Of a stretch of DNA of 64,000 nt, positions 20,157-31,119 are shown piece after piece (the stretch's first letter is position 1; every line of letters begins with the position of its first letter). Origin of the DNA: Cyclobacteriaceae bacterium (GTDB taxonomy: Bacteria; Bacteroidota; Bacteroidia; Cytophagales; Cyclobacteriaceae). Below the pieces are notes generated by a model. That model did no database searches and was not told the DNA's origin. It saw nothing but the letters and a program-made list of their open reading frames with translations. Made by a program: the position numbers and the translations under genes. Where the stretch lies: assembly GCA_965228105.1 (NCBI GenBank), contig CBDDGZ010000002.1, positions 3,806,154 to 3,870,153 on the forward strand, written 5' to 3'.

Positions 20157-20618
20157 ATGGCATCATTCGAACTGCAAGTCAATGGAAAAAAGCATCAGGT
20201 TGAGGCAGAACCAGACACTCCACTATTATGGGTCCTAAGAGAACATTTGGATCTCCCGGGAACCAAATTTGGATGCGGGATCGCTCAATGTGGTGCGTGC
20301 ACAATTCACTTTAATGGGACAGCCATTAGATCATGCTCCACTACGGTATCTTCAGCTGTCGGAGCATCAATCACTACCATCGAGGGATTGTCTGAAAAGG
20401 GTGACCATCCTGTACAGCAAGCATGGAAAAAACTTGATGTGCCACAATGCGGATATTGTCAGTCTGGCCAAATCATGTCAGCTGCGGCGCTATTGAAGCA
20501 AAATCCCACTCCCTCTGACGATGAAATAGAAGGTGCAATGAACGGAAACATCTGCAGGTGTGGAACCTATGTTCGTATCAAGGCTGCTATCAAATCTGCC
20601 GCAGCTGAAATGAATTAA
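20157..20618 (+). CDS. (2Fe-2S)-binding subunit of a molybdopterin oxidoreductase (IorA-like)
   Basis: [10 protein letters not shown] plus CGYCQSGQ and CRCGTY cluster motifs. The family-typical start [11 protein letters not shown] is at ATG 20157 (ORF track extends to TTG 20127). Confidence 0.9.
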   Translation: MASFELQVNGKKHQVEAEPDTPLLWVLREHLDLPGTKFGCGIAQCGACTIHFNGTAIRSCSTTVSSAVGASITTIEGLSEKGDHPVQQAWKKLDVPQCGYCQSGQIMSAAALLKQNPTPSDDEIEGAMNGNICRCGTYVRIKAAIKSAAAEMN

Positions 20619-20639
20619 TAATCTTAAAGCCAATCCACT

Positions 20640-22826
20640 ATGACACTCATTAAAACAAGTTATAACAGAAGATCATTTCTGAAAGCCTCCGCAGCTACTG
20701 GCGGTGGGTTGATGCTTGGCTTTAGCTGGCTTGCATCCTGTAGTCCTTCAAAAGAAAAGCTTATCACCTTGCCAGACTCCTGGTTTGATATCAATGCCTA
20801 TATCAAGATAGGTGACAATGGAGTGGTTACAATTTTCTCTCCTAATCCTGAAATCGGGCAAAATGTGAAAACCTCTATGCCAATGATTGTAGCTGAAGAG
20901 CTGGATGTTGATTGGGAATACGTGATGGTTGAACAGGCCCCCCTGAATACTGTAGATTTCCAGCGTCAGGTTGCTGGAGGTAGCAACTCAATCCGATCAA
21001 GTTGGGATGCTTTGAGGATGGCAGGTGCTACTGCAAGACGAATGCTGATGGAAGCCGCTGCCAAAGAATGGACTGTCCCGGTGACCGAACTCACTACTGA
21101 AAAAGGTGTGATCACTCATACTTCCGGTAAGACAATCGGGTATGGCGAGGTATCATCATTGGCTGCTACCCTCGAGGTACCTACTGAAGTTGAGGTCAAA
21201 AATGTAAAAGACTTTAAGATCATCGGCAAGCCAACAGGTAATGTTGATATAGATAAGATCATTACAGGTAAACCGCTATTTGGCCTTGACTACAAAGAAG
21301 ATGGAATGCTGATTGCCATGCTGGTACACGCCCCTGCTTTTGGCATGACACTCAAAAGTTTTGAAGCAGAGGCTGCTAAAAGCATGCCCGGAATTGTGGA
21401 TGTGATTTCTGTAAAAACTGCTCCGGATGAAAAAACCTGGTCTGACAACAACGCATTCACAGAGATTGTTGCCGTGGTTGGAAAAACCACCTGGCAGGTC
21501 ATGAAAGCCAAGAAGTCCTTGTCGATAGAATGGGAATGGGCCAGTGCTCCGGAAAGCTCTTATGATCATGAAAAGAAAATGGCTGATTCACTAAAAGAAC
21601 CGGTAGCTAAACCCGAAAGGATCGACGGTAACCCTGAAAAAGCCTTTAAAGAAGCCGCTAAGGTGGTAGAAAGAACTTATACAGCTCCATTCCTGGCACA
21701 CAATACCATGGAGCCGATGAACTTTTTCGCCAATGTCACTGCTGACAAAGCTGAGCTGACTGGGCCTGTTCAGACACCAGAAAACTTAAGGAAGAGTGCA
21801 GCCTCACTCCTCGGACTACCGGAAGACAAAGTATCCGTGATGATGACCCGCATGGGTGGTGGATTTGGACGAAGATTATACGGAAATTTTGGGTTGGAAG
21901 CAGCTGCTATTTCACAAAAAATAAAGGCACCTGTAAAACTCGTTTATACCAGAGAGGACGACATGACCCAGGGGCTTTACCGACCTGCCTATGCTGTGAA
22001 ATACAGGGCAGCACTGGATAAAGACAATAATTTGATTGGCTTCCATGTGAAAGGTACAGGAATTCATGGCAGTGCTGTTTATGCCAATAGGTTCCCTGCC
22101 GGAGCAGTTGATAATTATCTCGCTGAAAGTGTTGGAGTGGACTCCAGCATCACCACAGGTGCCTGGAGAGCCCCTAGATCAAACTTTATTTCCGGTGTTG
22201 AGTCAGCATTTCTGGATGAAGTTGCTGAGGAAGCAGGCGTAGATCCTATTGACTTCAGGTTGCAGCTATTTGAGCGGAATATGAAAGACCCGGTTGGCGA
22301 ACGAAACGATTATGTGGCCGAAAGATATGCTGGTGTGCTTAAGTTGGTTAGAGAAAAATCCAACTGGGGCACTGAAATGCCAGGGGTTTTCCGTGGGGTG
22401 TCAGCGTATTTCTGTCACAACTCATATGTGGCACAGGTTGTGGATCTGGTTAAAGAAAATGGCACTCCAAAAGTGAAAAAAGTATGGTGTGCTGTTGATT
22501 GTGGAATTGTTGTAAATCCTGAGGGTGCTAAAAACCAGGTAGAGGGAAGTATTGTGGATGGTATTGGCCACGGCATGTTTAGCAGCATAACCTTCAAAGA
22601 TGGAACAGCCGAACAACAAAACTTTGACAAATACCGACTTATCAGACATGCCGAAGCTCCGGAGGAAATTGAGACTTTCTTTGTGGAAAGCGACATCCAT
22701 CCGACTGGATTAGGTGAGCCTGCACTACCGCCGGTAGTGGGTGCTTTGGCAAATGCACTTTATAAGGCAACGGGAAAGAGAGTTTATTCTCAACCGTTCG
22801 CACAAAAGGACATCGTATTAGGTTAA
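20640..22826 (+). CDS. molybdopterin-dependent oxidoreductase large subunit (IorB / aldehyde oxidase family), TAT-exported
   Basis: 728 aa. Twin-arginine signal NRRSFLKASAATGGG with LASC lipobox-like Cys. Tandem aldehyde oxidase/xanthine dehydrogenase Moco-binding regions. Confidence 0.9.
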   Translation: MTLIKTSYNRRSFLKASAATGGGLMLGFSWLASCSPSKEKLITLPDSWFDINAYIKIGDNGVVTIFSPNPEIGQNVKTSMPMIVAEELDVDWEYVMVEQAPLNTVDFQRQVAGGSNSIRSSWDALRMAGATARRMLMEAAAKEWTVPVTELTTEKGVITHTSGKTIGYGEVSSLAATLEVPTEVEVKNVKDFKIIGKPTGNVDIDKIITGKPLFGLDYKEDGMLIAMLVHAPAFGMTLKSFEAEAAKSMPGIVDVISVKTAPDEKTWSDNNAFTEIVAVVGKTTWQVMKAKKSLSIEWEWASAPESSYDHEKKMADSLKEPVAKPERIDGNPEKAFKEAAKVVERTYTAPFLAHNTMEPMNFFANVTADKAELTGPVQTPENLRKSAASLLGLPEDKVSVMMTRMGGGFGRRLYGNFGLEAAAISQKIKAPVKLVYTREDDMTQGLYRPAYAVKYRAALDKDNNLIGFHVKGTGIHGSAVYANRFPAGAVDNYLAESVGVDSSITTGAWRAPRSNFISGVESAFLDEVAEEAGVDPIDFRLQLFERNMKDPVGERNDYVAERYAGVLKLVREKSNWGTEMPGVFRGVSAYFCHNSYVAQVVDLVKENGTPKVKKVWCAVDCGIVVNPEGAKNQVEGSIVDGIGHGMFSSITFKDGTAEQQNFDKYRLIRHAEAPEEIETFFVESDIHPTGLGEPALPPVVGALANALYKATGKRVYSQPFAQKDIVLG

Positions 22827-22834
22827 CTGTTGAG

Positions 22835-23656
22835 ATGACAGGTCTACCCTGGCCTTTACTCCGACTGATACTGGTTTCTATCATTTTTGCTACGTGGCTT
22901 TCGGGTTGCAAAGAGGGGGAGCGTTCTGTTTTTGAACCTGTACGTCTTGAAATAAACAGCATGGACGATATACAGCCTATCACAGACAGCCTTGTGAGTC
23001 CACTACTGTATTACAATATTGGAGGATTTGATACGCTGTCTGTACAGGAAAACAAGGAAAAATTTATTGCTGTTGTCCTTCCTGCTATCCTAATTGTAAA
23101 ATATCGGATCAGACAGGATCTGAGGAAAGTAAAAGATCTGGTGCTCTCCAGTAACTGGACAACAGAAGACAGCCTGTATTTTCAGACACAAATAGATCGA
23201 TTCAATGCGGACAGCCCTTTTGATCTAATCATTAGAATGCATACCCATCCTACCAGCATTGCACTGGCACAGGCTGTGGTGGAAAGTGGATGGGGCACCT
23301 CCCGGTTTTTTAGTGAAGCAAATAATTTGTTTGGGATATGGTCCTACAACCCAGATCTGCCTCGTATTGCTGCCAAAACAAAAAGCGAAAATGTTCACCT
23401 GAGGAAATATGAAGACATTTCAGGCTCGGTAATGGATTATTTTGAAACTCTTGCAAGGGCCAGAGCTTATCGCAATTTCAGAGTGGCAAGCTACGAGACC
23501 AGTGATATTAGCAAAATAATTCCCCATTTGAGAAATTATTCTGTAAGAGGCAGCGAATATGTGGATCAGCTCATGACAATTATCAATCAGAATAATTTCC
23601 AACAATACGACCATTTCGTTTTGGATTTTCAATACATTCCATCCACACAAGAATGA
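22835..23656 (+). CDS. glucosaminidase domain lipoprotein (endo-beta-N-acetylglucosaminidase-like)
   Basis: Lipobox WLSGC. Glucosaminidase core ALAQAVVESGWGTSRF...NNLFGIW. Confidence 0.8.
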   Translation: MTGLPWPLLRLILVSIIFATWLSGCKEGERSVFEPVRLEINSMDDIQPITDSLVSPLLYYNIGGFDTLSVQENKEKFIAVVLPAILIVKYRIRQDLRKVKDLVLSSNWTTEDSLYFQTQIDRFNADSPFDLIIRMHTHPTSIALAQAVVESGWGTSRFFSEANNLFGIWSYNPDLPRIAAKTKSENVHLRKYEDISGSVMDYFETLARARAYRNFRVASYETSDISKIIPHLRNYSVRGSEYVDQLMTIINQNNFQQYDHFVLDFQYIPSTQE

Positions 23657-24741
23657 TAAAAATACTCACAGTTATTGCTTTTATTTTATGCATATCCTGT
23701 GGGCAAAGATCCAATGATTCATCTGGTCATGAACAGGCCATCATACATGAGGATAAAGCTTTTCTCAACCCGAAGAAAACAATAAATTGTTTTATCTATC
23801 ATCGCTTTGGTGATGATAGATACCCTTCCACTAATGTCTCTCTTCAGGATTTTGAATCGCATCTTAGTTATCTAAAAGAATCCGGATTTGAGGTCTTAAC
23901 CATGAGTGATGCTATAAAGTATTTAAGGAATGAAGAGCCTTTAAAAAAAATGGCTGTGATTACGATTGATGATGGTTTTAAAAGCTTTTATGAAAATGGC
24001 TTGCCTCTGTTGGAAAAGTATAACTTCCCAGCCACCCTGTTTATCAATACGGAAACTGTCGGAGGAAGTAGCTACATGAACTGGGATGAGATCAAAGAAG
24101 CGCACGCCCGTGGGATTGAACTAGGAAACCACACCCATTCTCACGCTTTCTTCCTCAACATGGACCCAAACGATAGGTATCAAAATTTCAAAGATGAGAT
24201 TGAGTTGAGTCAGCAACTGATTCAGGAAAAACTTGGAATAGCACCCCAGGTTTTTGCATATCCCTATGGAGAGTATGACTCCAAAATGAAAGAAATTGTA
24301 AGAAATGCAGGGTTTATTGCCGGGCTTGGTCAAAACTCAGGGGTTATCAATAATGATACCGACCTGATGGCATGTCCTCGTTTTCCGATGGCCACTGGCT
24401 TTAGTGACCTTGTCGGATTCAAACTAAAGGCCAATGCTCTGCCTTTGAAAATGACTGGCAAGCCAGAGCAGCATGTACTTTCCAGTAACTATCAACCAAG
24501 CCTTGATCTGGTAGTTCAAAAAGACAATTTAAGAATAAATGAGATGCAGTGTTTTATCCAAGGGGGAACATGTGACCTTTCAATCAGTCAGAAAGCAGAT
24601 CAGGAGTTTTCAGTATTTGCTATGCCCGAAAAAAGCATTGAAAATCGAAGGAGAACACTGTATACACTCACGGTGCAGGACAATGACAATAATTGGTATT
24701 GGTATAGTCACTTATGGATTAATCCGAAAGTCATCGAGTGA
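23653..24741 (+). CDS. polysaccharide deacetylase (NodB/CE4-like) lipoprotein
   Basis: Lipobox CISCG. Motifs TIDDGFKS and GNHTHSH. 4-nt overlap with the upstream gene. Confidence 0.85.
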   Translation: MIKILTVIAFILCISCGQRSNDSSGHEQAIIHEDKAFLNPKKTINCFIYHRFGDDRYPSTNVSLQDFESHLSYLKESGFEVLTMSDAIKYLRNEEPLKKMAVITIDDGFKSFYENGLPLLEKYNFPATLFINTETVGGSSYMNWDEIKEAHARGIELGNHTHSHAFFLNMDPNDRYQNFKDEIELSQQLIQEKLGIAPQVFAYPYGEYDSKMKEIVRNAGFIAGLGQNSGVINNDTDLMACPRFPMATGFSDLVGFKLKANALPLKMTGKPEQHVLSSNYQPSLDLVVQKDNLRINEMQCFIQGGTCDLSISQKADQEFSVFAMPEKSIENRRRTLYTLTVQDNDNNWYWYSHLWINPKVIE

Positions 24742-25596
24742 TTACTCGAATCCAGTATATTGATCATCAAGCTTCTTCAAAATAAGCTTGATCTCATCAG
24801 ACTTATGATAATCACCCAGTTTTTCAAATGATACAACGAGATTTCTCAAACACCTGAGGATTATATCCTCATTGGAGCAAGGTTCATAAAACAGTTCCTG
24901 TGGTGGAATGTTGAGATGCTCCAGGTAATGGTCAATATCTTCTTTGCTAAAGATCAACCCCCGGTTAAAGGCATTAATATAAAATGTCATACCATCACCC
25001 TGATATGTGAGGATAAAAAGGTTTGGCAGATTTACTCCAAAGATCGGCATCCCTAACTTCTGAGCAATAATCAGATATATAGTACAGAGAGTGATAGGAT
25101 TACCTTTTTTTGATTCCAATACAGCATTGATCATGCTATTTGCCGGTGAATGAAAATTTTTAGTATTGGCCCTGAACTTCAATTTATTGAAGAGCATATT
25201 ATTTATAATCCTTACCTGGTCCAGGGGGGCGTAATCTGTCTTAAACTCACGCCATATCTCATGATAAAGCTGTTCAATCTCTACTTTTAGGTCTGAATAA
25301 TCCAGATCGGGATACTGGTATGTCGCTACAAGCCAAAGCCCTTCCAAAAGGTCATTATCGGGTGTTTCCTTCCATACGAGAAGACGCTCCTGTACCAACT
25401 CAAATTGCAGACCATGTATCATGTCTTCAATTCTTCGCTGGATAAGTGGGTTGAAATTACTCTCCCATTCCTGTTCCAAAAAGGGAATAACTCCGGTACC
25501 TATCTCCATAAGTTTGGTCTCTACATGAGATACGACTTCGTCATCCTCATCTTCAAGCAAACTCACTAAAGCTTTTAATTCAGTTTCCTTTATCAA
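24742..25596 (-). CDS. SirB1-like transglutaminase-fold family protein
   Basis: 284 aa. Core SMINAVLESKKGNPITLCTIYLIIAQKLGMPIFGVNLP is typical of the UPF0162/SirB1 group. TTG start, so the start is uncertain. Confidence 0.65.
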   Translation of the reverse strand: MIKETELKALVSLLEDEDDEVVSHVETKLMEIGTGVIPFLEQEWESNFNPLIQRRIEDMIHGLQFELVQERLLVWKETPDNDLLEGLWLVATYQYPDLDYSDLKVEIEQLYHEIWREFKTDYAPLDQVRIINNMLFNKLKFRANTKNFHSPANSMINAVLESKKGNPITLCTIYLIIAQKLGMPIFGVNLPNLFILTYQGDGMTFYINAFNRGLIFSKEDIDHYLEHLNIPPQELFYEPCSNEDIILRCLRNLVVSFEKLGDYHKSDEIKLILKKLDDQYTGFE

Positions 25597-25689
25597 GACA
25601 ATTTTGAATTTAAGAATTTGAACTGATAGATTCCAAATTCTTTTTGATGAATATTAGAGAATAATGAATTCAGCTTTAAACTTAATTCG

Positions 25690-26628
25690 TTATTCTTCTT
25701 TCTCATCAATACCCCTGAGGTTTTTATTTTTTCGTCCTAAGGGCTTCACGAAATCTTTTGGATAATTACGAAAATGATGAACTAACCCTTGAAGATCTTC
25801 CATCGTTGTGTTCACATTTTGATACAGGGAGTCAGTATAAAGGAGTTTGCCCAGCGAGCTATTTTCACTTTTCATCAAAATCAGGGTTTGATTCAAAGTA
25901 ATCATCACAGAGTCAATATGTGATAATGTTTGAGCCAGCTCAAGGGAGTTAAGTGTATCCAATACCCCATCTGTTTTTTTGATCACTGGACCCAATCGCT
26001 CGATCTTTTGATTCAGATTTCTAATCAAAGATTTAGTAGCTGTGGCAATCTGTTCAATATTGCTTTCATTGTTTTCCATGATCCTGTTCACGTTCAGAAA
26101 TGTACGATGCAGGTCGTCAAGTGTCGTATTAATTTTCTCACCACTACCTTTCAAACCAACAAGAATTTCATTTATCCTCGTAATCGTGACATTCAGGTTA
26201 TTTGCCACCGGTGTGGCTGTGGCAAGAATCTCTTCAAGACCTTTATCCCTAAAAGAAATGAGTGTATCACCTGGCTCCACAAACTCATTGCTTGAGCCAA
26301 TGGTAATTACGATGCCTTTTGTACCTAAGAAATCCGTATTTGTCAGGGCAGCCACCGAAGAATCATTCAGCTGAATGTTTTCTTTGATGTTAAATTGAAC
26401 CAGGATTGTTTCCTGGTTTTCCATGAGGTCAATTCTGGTCACCCGACCTACAGCATATCCATTGATAATTACCCCATTGCCTTCATGCAACCCATCCACA
26501 TTGTCATACACAGCGTAATATTTATTGGTAGGGTCAAAAAAATCTATTCCCTTCAAAAAGTTAAAACCGTAGTACAACAAGATCCCAGCTACAAGCGCTA
26601 TCAGACCTACTTTAAATTCTTTGGACAT
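25690..26628 (-). CDS. MlaD/MCE family protein
   Basis: N-terminal TM then an MCE domain (YYAVYDNVDGLHEGNGVIINGYAVGRV) and a long helical tail. First ATG at 26628 (track start 26634 is GTG). Confidence 0.8.
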   Translation of the reverse strand: MSKEFKVGLIALVAGILLYYGFNFLKGIDFFDPTNKYYAVYDNVDGLHEGNGVIINGYAVGRVTRIDLMENQETILVQFNIKENIQLNDSSVAALTNTDFLGTKGIVITIGSSNEFVEPGDTLISFRDKGLEEILATATPVANNLNVTITRINEILVGLKGSGEKINTTLDDLHRTFLNVNRIMENNESNIEQIATATKSLIRNLNQKIERLGPVIKKTDGVLDTLNSLELAQTLSHIDSVMITLNQTLILMKSENSSLGKLLYTDSLYQNVNTTMEDLQGLVHHFRNYPKDFVKPLGRKNKNLRGIDEKEE

Positions 26629-26715
26629 CCGCACTAACTTAATTTATTCTTTCGAGTAAAGGCTAACCGGGGTCAAATCTCTCGAATTAAATGATCAAGA
26701 CCTAGGGTCTAGGTA

Positions 26716-27498
26716 TTAATTCATGGATTCAATTTCCGTTTTGTAATCTCTAAAAGCCCGATATATTCCTGAAGCTATATAAACCTGGTTCAGAGGATCA
26801 TTTAGCTCTCTCTCCTCTTTAGGATTACTAAGATAACCCACTTCTACTAAAACACTAGGCATGCTTGTTCTCCATAATACCAGAAATCCTGCAGATTTCA
26901 CGCCCCGGCTTCTTCGTCCTACCCGATTCTTAAATTGATCTTCTATTTTATCTGCCAGCCTCAGACTATTTTGCTGGAATGCACTCTGGTAGAGAGAAAA
27001 CAATATATAGGATTCCGGAGAATTTGGATCGAAACCATCGTAGTCGGTGATTCCCCCCTCCTCTGCTAAAATTACTGCATTTTCCCTTTGAGCAACCTTT
27101 AAGTTTGCTTCGGACTTGTGTAGTCCCATCACATAGGTCTCCGTACCGTGAATATTTGGATTGGAAATCCAATTGGCATGTATGGAAATAAAAAGATCGG
27201 CATCTTTTTGATTGGCCACATCTGCTCTTTCATGTAGTTCAGGGAAGCTGTCGTCCTGGCGGGTACAGATCACTTCTACATCAGGCATATTGTCCTTTAT
27301 GATTCTGGCGAGTTCCATTGAGATCTTCAATGCTACATCCTTCTCTTTCGATATTTGCCCATGGGTACCCGGATCCTTGCCACCATGACCGGGATCGATT
27401 ACAATTTTATTGATGCGATAGTCAATAACACCCACCGGATGAAAAGAGATAAAAATAAAAAATATACAAAAGCAAAAGGGTGTTGCAATATTTTTCAC
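26716..27498 (-). CDS. N-acetylmuramoyl-L-alanine amidase (Amidase_3)
   Basis: VIDPGHGGKDPG, FISIHAN, and the LVEVGYLSN segment typical of AmiA/B/C-type amidases. Confidence 0.9.
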   Translation of the reverse strand: MKNIATPFCFCIFFIFISFHPVGVIDYRINKIVIDPGHGGKDPGTHGQISKEKDVALKISMELARIIKDNMPDVEVICTRQDDSFPELHERADVANQKDADLFISIHANWISNPNIHGTETYVMGLHKSEANLKVAQRENAVILAEEGGITDYDGFDPNSPESYILFSLYQSAFQQNSLRLADKIEDQFKNRVGRRSRGVKSAGFLVLWRTSMPSVLVEVGYLSNPKEERELNDPLNQVYIASGIYRAFRDYKTEIESMN

Positions 27499-27570
27499 GG
27501 TATCCCGGTTATATACTAAAATCCGATATTTTTACGCAAAAATGTAAATTTTTCACTGAAATTAAAACCT

Positions 27571-30336
27571 GTGTCAGGCCTGAGGAGTATTGTATTTTTT
27601 TTCTTGATCATTACATTTTACACTTCTGGTTTTGCCCAGGACCAATCGGGTACCACTGAAGATATAACGTTAGACTCGCTTATATCAGTATCTATACCAG
27701 ATTCTGTGGCGGCAATACAGGATACAATCCCTACAGACAGCATAGCGTCAGCCAATAAACCGAAGCCAACCGGTGACATTGAAACAACAATCAACTACAA
27801 TGCCAAGGATTCAATGTTTTATGATCTGGAGAACAGAAAAATCTTTATGTACCAGGATGCTCACATAGATTATGGAGATATCGTTTTAGAGGCAAACAGA
27901 ACCACAGTTGACTGGAACAAAAGGACTATTCAGGCTGAATTTGCCACTGACAGTACCGGAAAAAAGGTGGGGAAACCTGTATTCACACAGCAGGGTGATA
28001 CCTATGAAACGGACAATATCCTCTACAATTTCAAAACCAGACGAGCTATCATTAAAGGAGTAGTCACTGAACAGGAAGGCGCCTTCATGCATGGAGAAGA
28101 TGTGAAAATGAATGAGGAAAAGGAAATGTTTATCCGAAGGGCCAAGTACACCACCTGTAATCTGGGCCACCCGCACTTCTTCATTGAATCGGAAAAACTG
28201 AAGGTAATTCCTGGAAACAAGGTGGTTTCCGGACCATTTAACCTCAAATTCAGGGAAATTCCTACCCCGTTTTGGTTTCCATTCGGCATGTTCCCTCAAC
28301 CGAGAAAAAAGGCCACAGGAATAGTGTTTCCATCTTATGGTGAAGAAAAACAACGCGGTTTTTTCCTGAGAGATGGAGGTTATTATCTCACATTCAGTGA
28401 TTATATGGATTTGAGGTTAACCGGGGACATTTATTCCAAAGGTGGTCATGGGCTTCAGGCCAATATGAATTATAGAAAACGATACTCCTATTCCGGGTCA
28501 TTCAATTTTTCCTATAATAAGTCTATTATTGACAATATCGAAGACCCGTTAGAAACCAACGATTTTTGGGTCCGTTGGAGTCACAGACCTGAGACCAGAG
28601 GAAACTCAAGTTTTGGGGCATCTGTTTCTGCAGGTACGTCGACCTATAACTCTAACAACAATCTAGCAATCAGCAATGATCCTGGGACATTTCAACGAAG
28701 TATTAATTCACAATTTTCATCCAATGTTAGCTATTCCCAAAGGTTTCAGAGAATCCCGGTAAACCTTAGTGCCAACCTCAGACACAATCAAAACATTCAA
28801 ACGGGCATTATGAGTATGACGCTACCAGACTATACGATGAACGTGAACAGGATCTATCCTTTTAAAAACATTATAAAAAACCAGAAGAATCCGCTTGCAA
28901 AGATCAGTCTGAGCCACAATTTTGCTGCTAAAAATGAAGTAACAAATGCTCCAGTCACTACACTAAGTAGTTTGAACATAGTCAACGAGAATGAAAGCAA
29001 TATGGACACCCTTGACTTCAACCTTGATAATTTTGACAGGTTGTACAAGCGGGCAAAAATCGGAGGAAGACATTCTATACCACTCTCCACCTCATTCAAC
29101 ATGTTTAATTATATAACTGTAAACCCTAGCTTCAATTATACGGAGCTTTGGTATACAAGAGAGCTCAATTTCAGCTATGACGAAGAGCTGCAAGGTGTGA
29201 GGATAGATACACTCGAAGGATTTAGCAGAACAGGCTACTGGACATCAGGGGCTTCCATGAACACCCGGTTTTATGGGACTGTAACTTTCCCGGGTAAGGA
29301 CAGAAAAATTCAGGCAATCCGACATGTAGTGACCCCATCTGTAAGCTTTTCCTACAATCCTGACTTCAGTGAAAGGAGTGGTGTTTTCAAAGAAGTACAG
29401 ATCGATTCATTAGGTAATACAAGACGACTTTCAAAGTATGAAAGCTTTGCTTATGGTTCTCCCCCTTCCGGAGAAAGCCGTACGATCAGCTTTTCACTCC
29501 AAAACAACCTAGAGATGAAGGTGAGGGATGATAAAGATTCAACCCAGGCATATAAAAAAGTGAAGATTTTCGAAAACCTGTCATTGAGTACGGGTTATAA
29601 CCTGGCAGCCGAAGAATTCAAGCTCAGCAATATCAACTGGAATACACGAACATCACTTTTCAAGAACAAGATAAATGTTAACTTTAGTGGTACCATAGAC
29701 CCGTATGTTTATAATCTTATTAACGAGACTGTCAACCCGGTAACAGGTGTGAGGACTGTGCGCCAGGAGCGAATCGATCGCTACGCCTGGAACAATGGTC
29801 AGGGTCTTGGAAACCTCAGCCGACTGAATACTTCGATTGGTTTTTCTCTCAACAGTAAGTCAGGAAAAGGTAAGGAACCTGAAAGGCAGGATCAGTTTGA
29901 AACAGGCACCGTCCCTGATGGGCTTGATCAGTCTACATATGGCACTGAAGAAGAGAAAGAATACATTCGTCAAAACCCAGAACAATACGTAAACTTTGAT
30001 GTACCATGGACCTTCAGGGTTCAATATTCTATTTCAAGAACACAAACAGGCTTTCAGGACCCTACCATTATTCAATCAATGCAATTCAACGGGACCCTTG
30101 CCTTAACTGACAAAACCCAGATCACTTACAACTCCGGATTTGACTTTGTGAACAAGGAGTTCACAACCACCAGGATAGGGATTGCCAGAGATTTACATTG
30201 TTGGTCTTTGAACTTCTCCTGGGTACCATTTGGTCGATACCAATCCTTCAGCCTTGTAATCCAACCTAATTCGAGCTTGTTACAAGACCTGAAATTAGAG
30301 AAGAGACGTAATTTCTTTGACTTCTTCAATCGGTAA
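27571..30336 (+). CDS. lptD: LptD-like outer-membrane LPS assembly protein (Bacteroidota type)
   Basis: 921 aa with a signal peptide, an OstA-like N-terminal segment and a long beta-barrel-like aromatic-rich C-terminus. GTG start. Confidence 0.65.
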   Translation: MSGLRSIVFFFLIITFYTSGFAQDQSGTTEDITLDSLISVSIPDSVAAIQDTIPTDSIASANKPKPTGDIETTINYNAKDSMFYDLENRKIFMYQDAHIDYGDIVLEANRTTVDWNKRTIQAEFATDSTGKKVGKPVFTQQGDTYETDNILYNFKTRRAIIKGVVTEQEGAFMHGEDVKMNEEKEMFIRRAKYTTCNLGHPHFFIESEKLKVIPGNKVVSGPFNLKFREIPTPFWFPFGMFPQPRKKATGIVFPSYGEEKQRGFFLRDGGYYLTFSDYMDLRLTGDIYSKGGHGLQANMNYRKRYSYSGSFNFSYNKSIIDNIEDPLETNDFWVRWSHRPETRGNSSFGASVSAGTSTYNSNNNLAISNDPGTFQRSINSQFSSNVSYSQRFQRIPVNLSANLRHNQNIQTGIMSMTLPDYTMNVNRIYPFKNIIKNQKNPLAKISLSHNFAAKNEVTNAPVTTLSSLNIVNENESNMDTLDFNLDNFDRLYKRAKIGGRHSIPLSTSFNMFNYITVNPSFNYTELWYTRELNFSYDEELQGVRIDTLEGFSRTGYWTSGASMNTRFYGTVTFPGKDRKIQAIRHVVTPSVSFSYNPDFSERSGVFKEVQIDSLGNTRRLSKYESFAYGSPPSGESRTISFSLQNNLEMKVRDDKDSTQAYKKVKIFENLSLSTGYNLAAEEFKLSNINWNTRTSLFKNKINVNFSGTIDPYVYNLINETVNPVTGVRTVRQERIDRYAWNNGQGLGNLSRLNTSIGFSLNSKSGKGKEPERQDQFETGTVPDGLDQSTYGTEEEKEYIRQNPEQYVNFDVPWTFRVQYSISRTQTGFQDPTIIQSMQFNGTLALTDKTQITYNSGFDFVNKEFTTTRIGIARDLHCWSLNFSWVPFGRYQSFSLVIQPNSSLLQDLKLEKRRNFFDFFNR

Positions 30337-30408
30337 GAAATTAGCTTTAGAAATGGCGCTGGCAAATATTCAGCAAATTGATATTTTTGAGGAAAACTTA
30401 ATCTAAAG

Positions 30409-31119
30409 ATGGGAAGAGCGTTTGAATATCGTAGGGCAGCGAAAGAAGCCAGGTGGGATAAAATGTCCAAAATATTTCCAAAACTTGCCAAGGCAATCAC
30501 AGTGGCAGTAAAAGAAGGTGGAGGGGATCCGGAGATGAATGCCAAGCTACGGACAGCCATTCAAAATGCAAAGGCTGAGAACATGCCCAAGGACAATATC
30601 GAAAATGCTATCAAGAGGGCTATCGGTAATGATTCGGACGTATTCGAAGAAGTTACTTACGAAGGCAAAGGACCTCATGGCGTTTTGGTATTCGTGGAGT
30701 GTGCGACCGACAACACCACAAGAACTGTAGCAAATGTGAAGTCATATTTTAGCAAGGCTGGTGGCTCTATGGTACCTAATGGCTCTCTCGAATTTATGTT
30801 TGACCGGAAGGCTGTCTTCGAATTTATTCAGGAAGATGGACTTGACCTGGAAGAACTCGAACTCGAACTTATTGATGCCGGATTAGAAGAGATCATCACA
30901 AACGAAGATAGAGTATACCTCTATGCAGACTACACCAACTTCGGCACTTTGTCTAAAGCACTGGAGGATAAGGAAATCGATGTGAAGAAAGCCAACCTGC
31001 AACGCATCCCAACGAGTCCGGTGGAGTTTTCAGAAGAGCAAATGGAAGAAATCGAAAAAATGCTGGACCGGATAGAGGATGATGACGATGTTCAGGCAGT
31101 ATTCACTAACATTGCATAG
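30409..31119 (+). CDS. YebC/PmpR family DNA-binding/translation-associated protein
   Basis: 236 aa. [21 protein letters not shown] and YEGKGPHGV are hallmark YebC segments. Confidence 0.9.
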   Translation: MGRAFEYRRAAKEARWDKMSKIFPKLAKAITVAVKEGGGDPEMNAKLRTAIQNAKAENMPKDNIENAIKRAIGNDSDVFEEVTYEGKGPHGVLVFVECATDNTTRTVANVKSYFSKAGGSMVPNGSLEFMFDRKAVFEFIQEDGLDLEELELELIDAGLEEIITNEDRVYLYADYTNFGTLSKALEDKEIDVKKANLQRIPTSPVEFSEEQMEEIEKMLDRIEDDDDVQAVFTNIA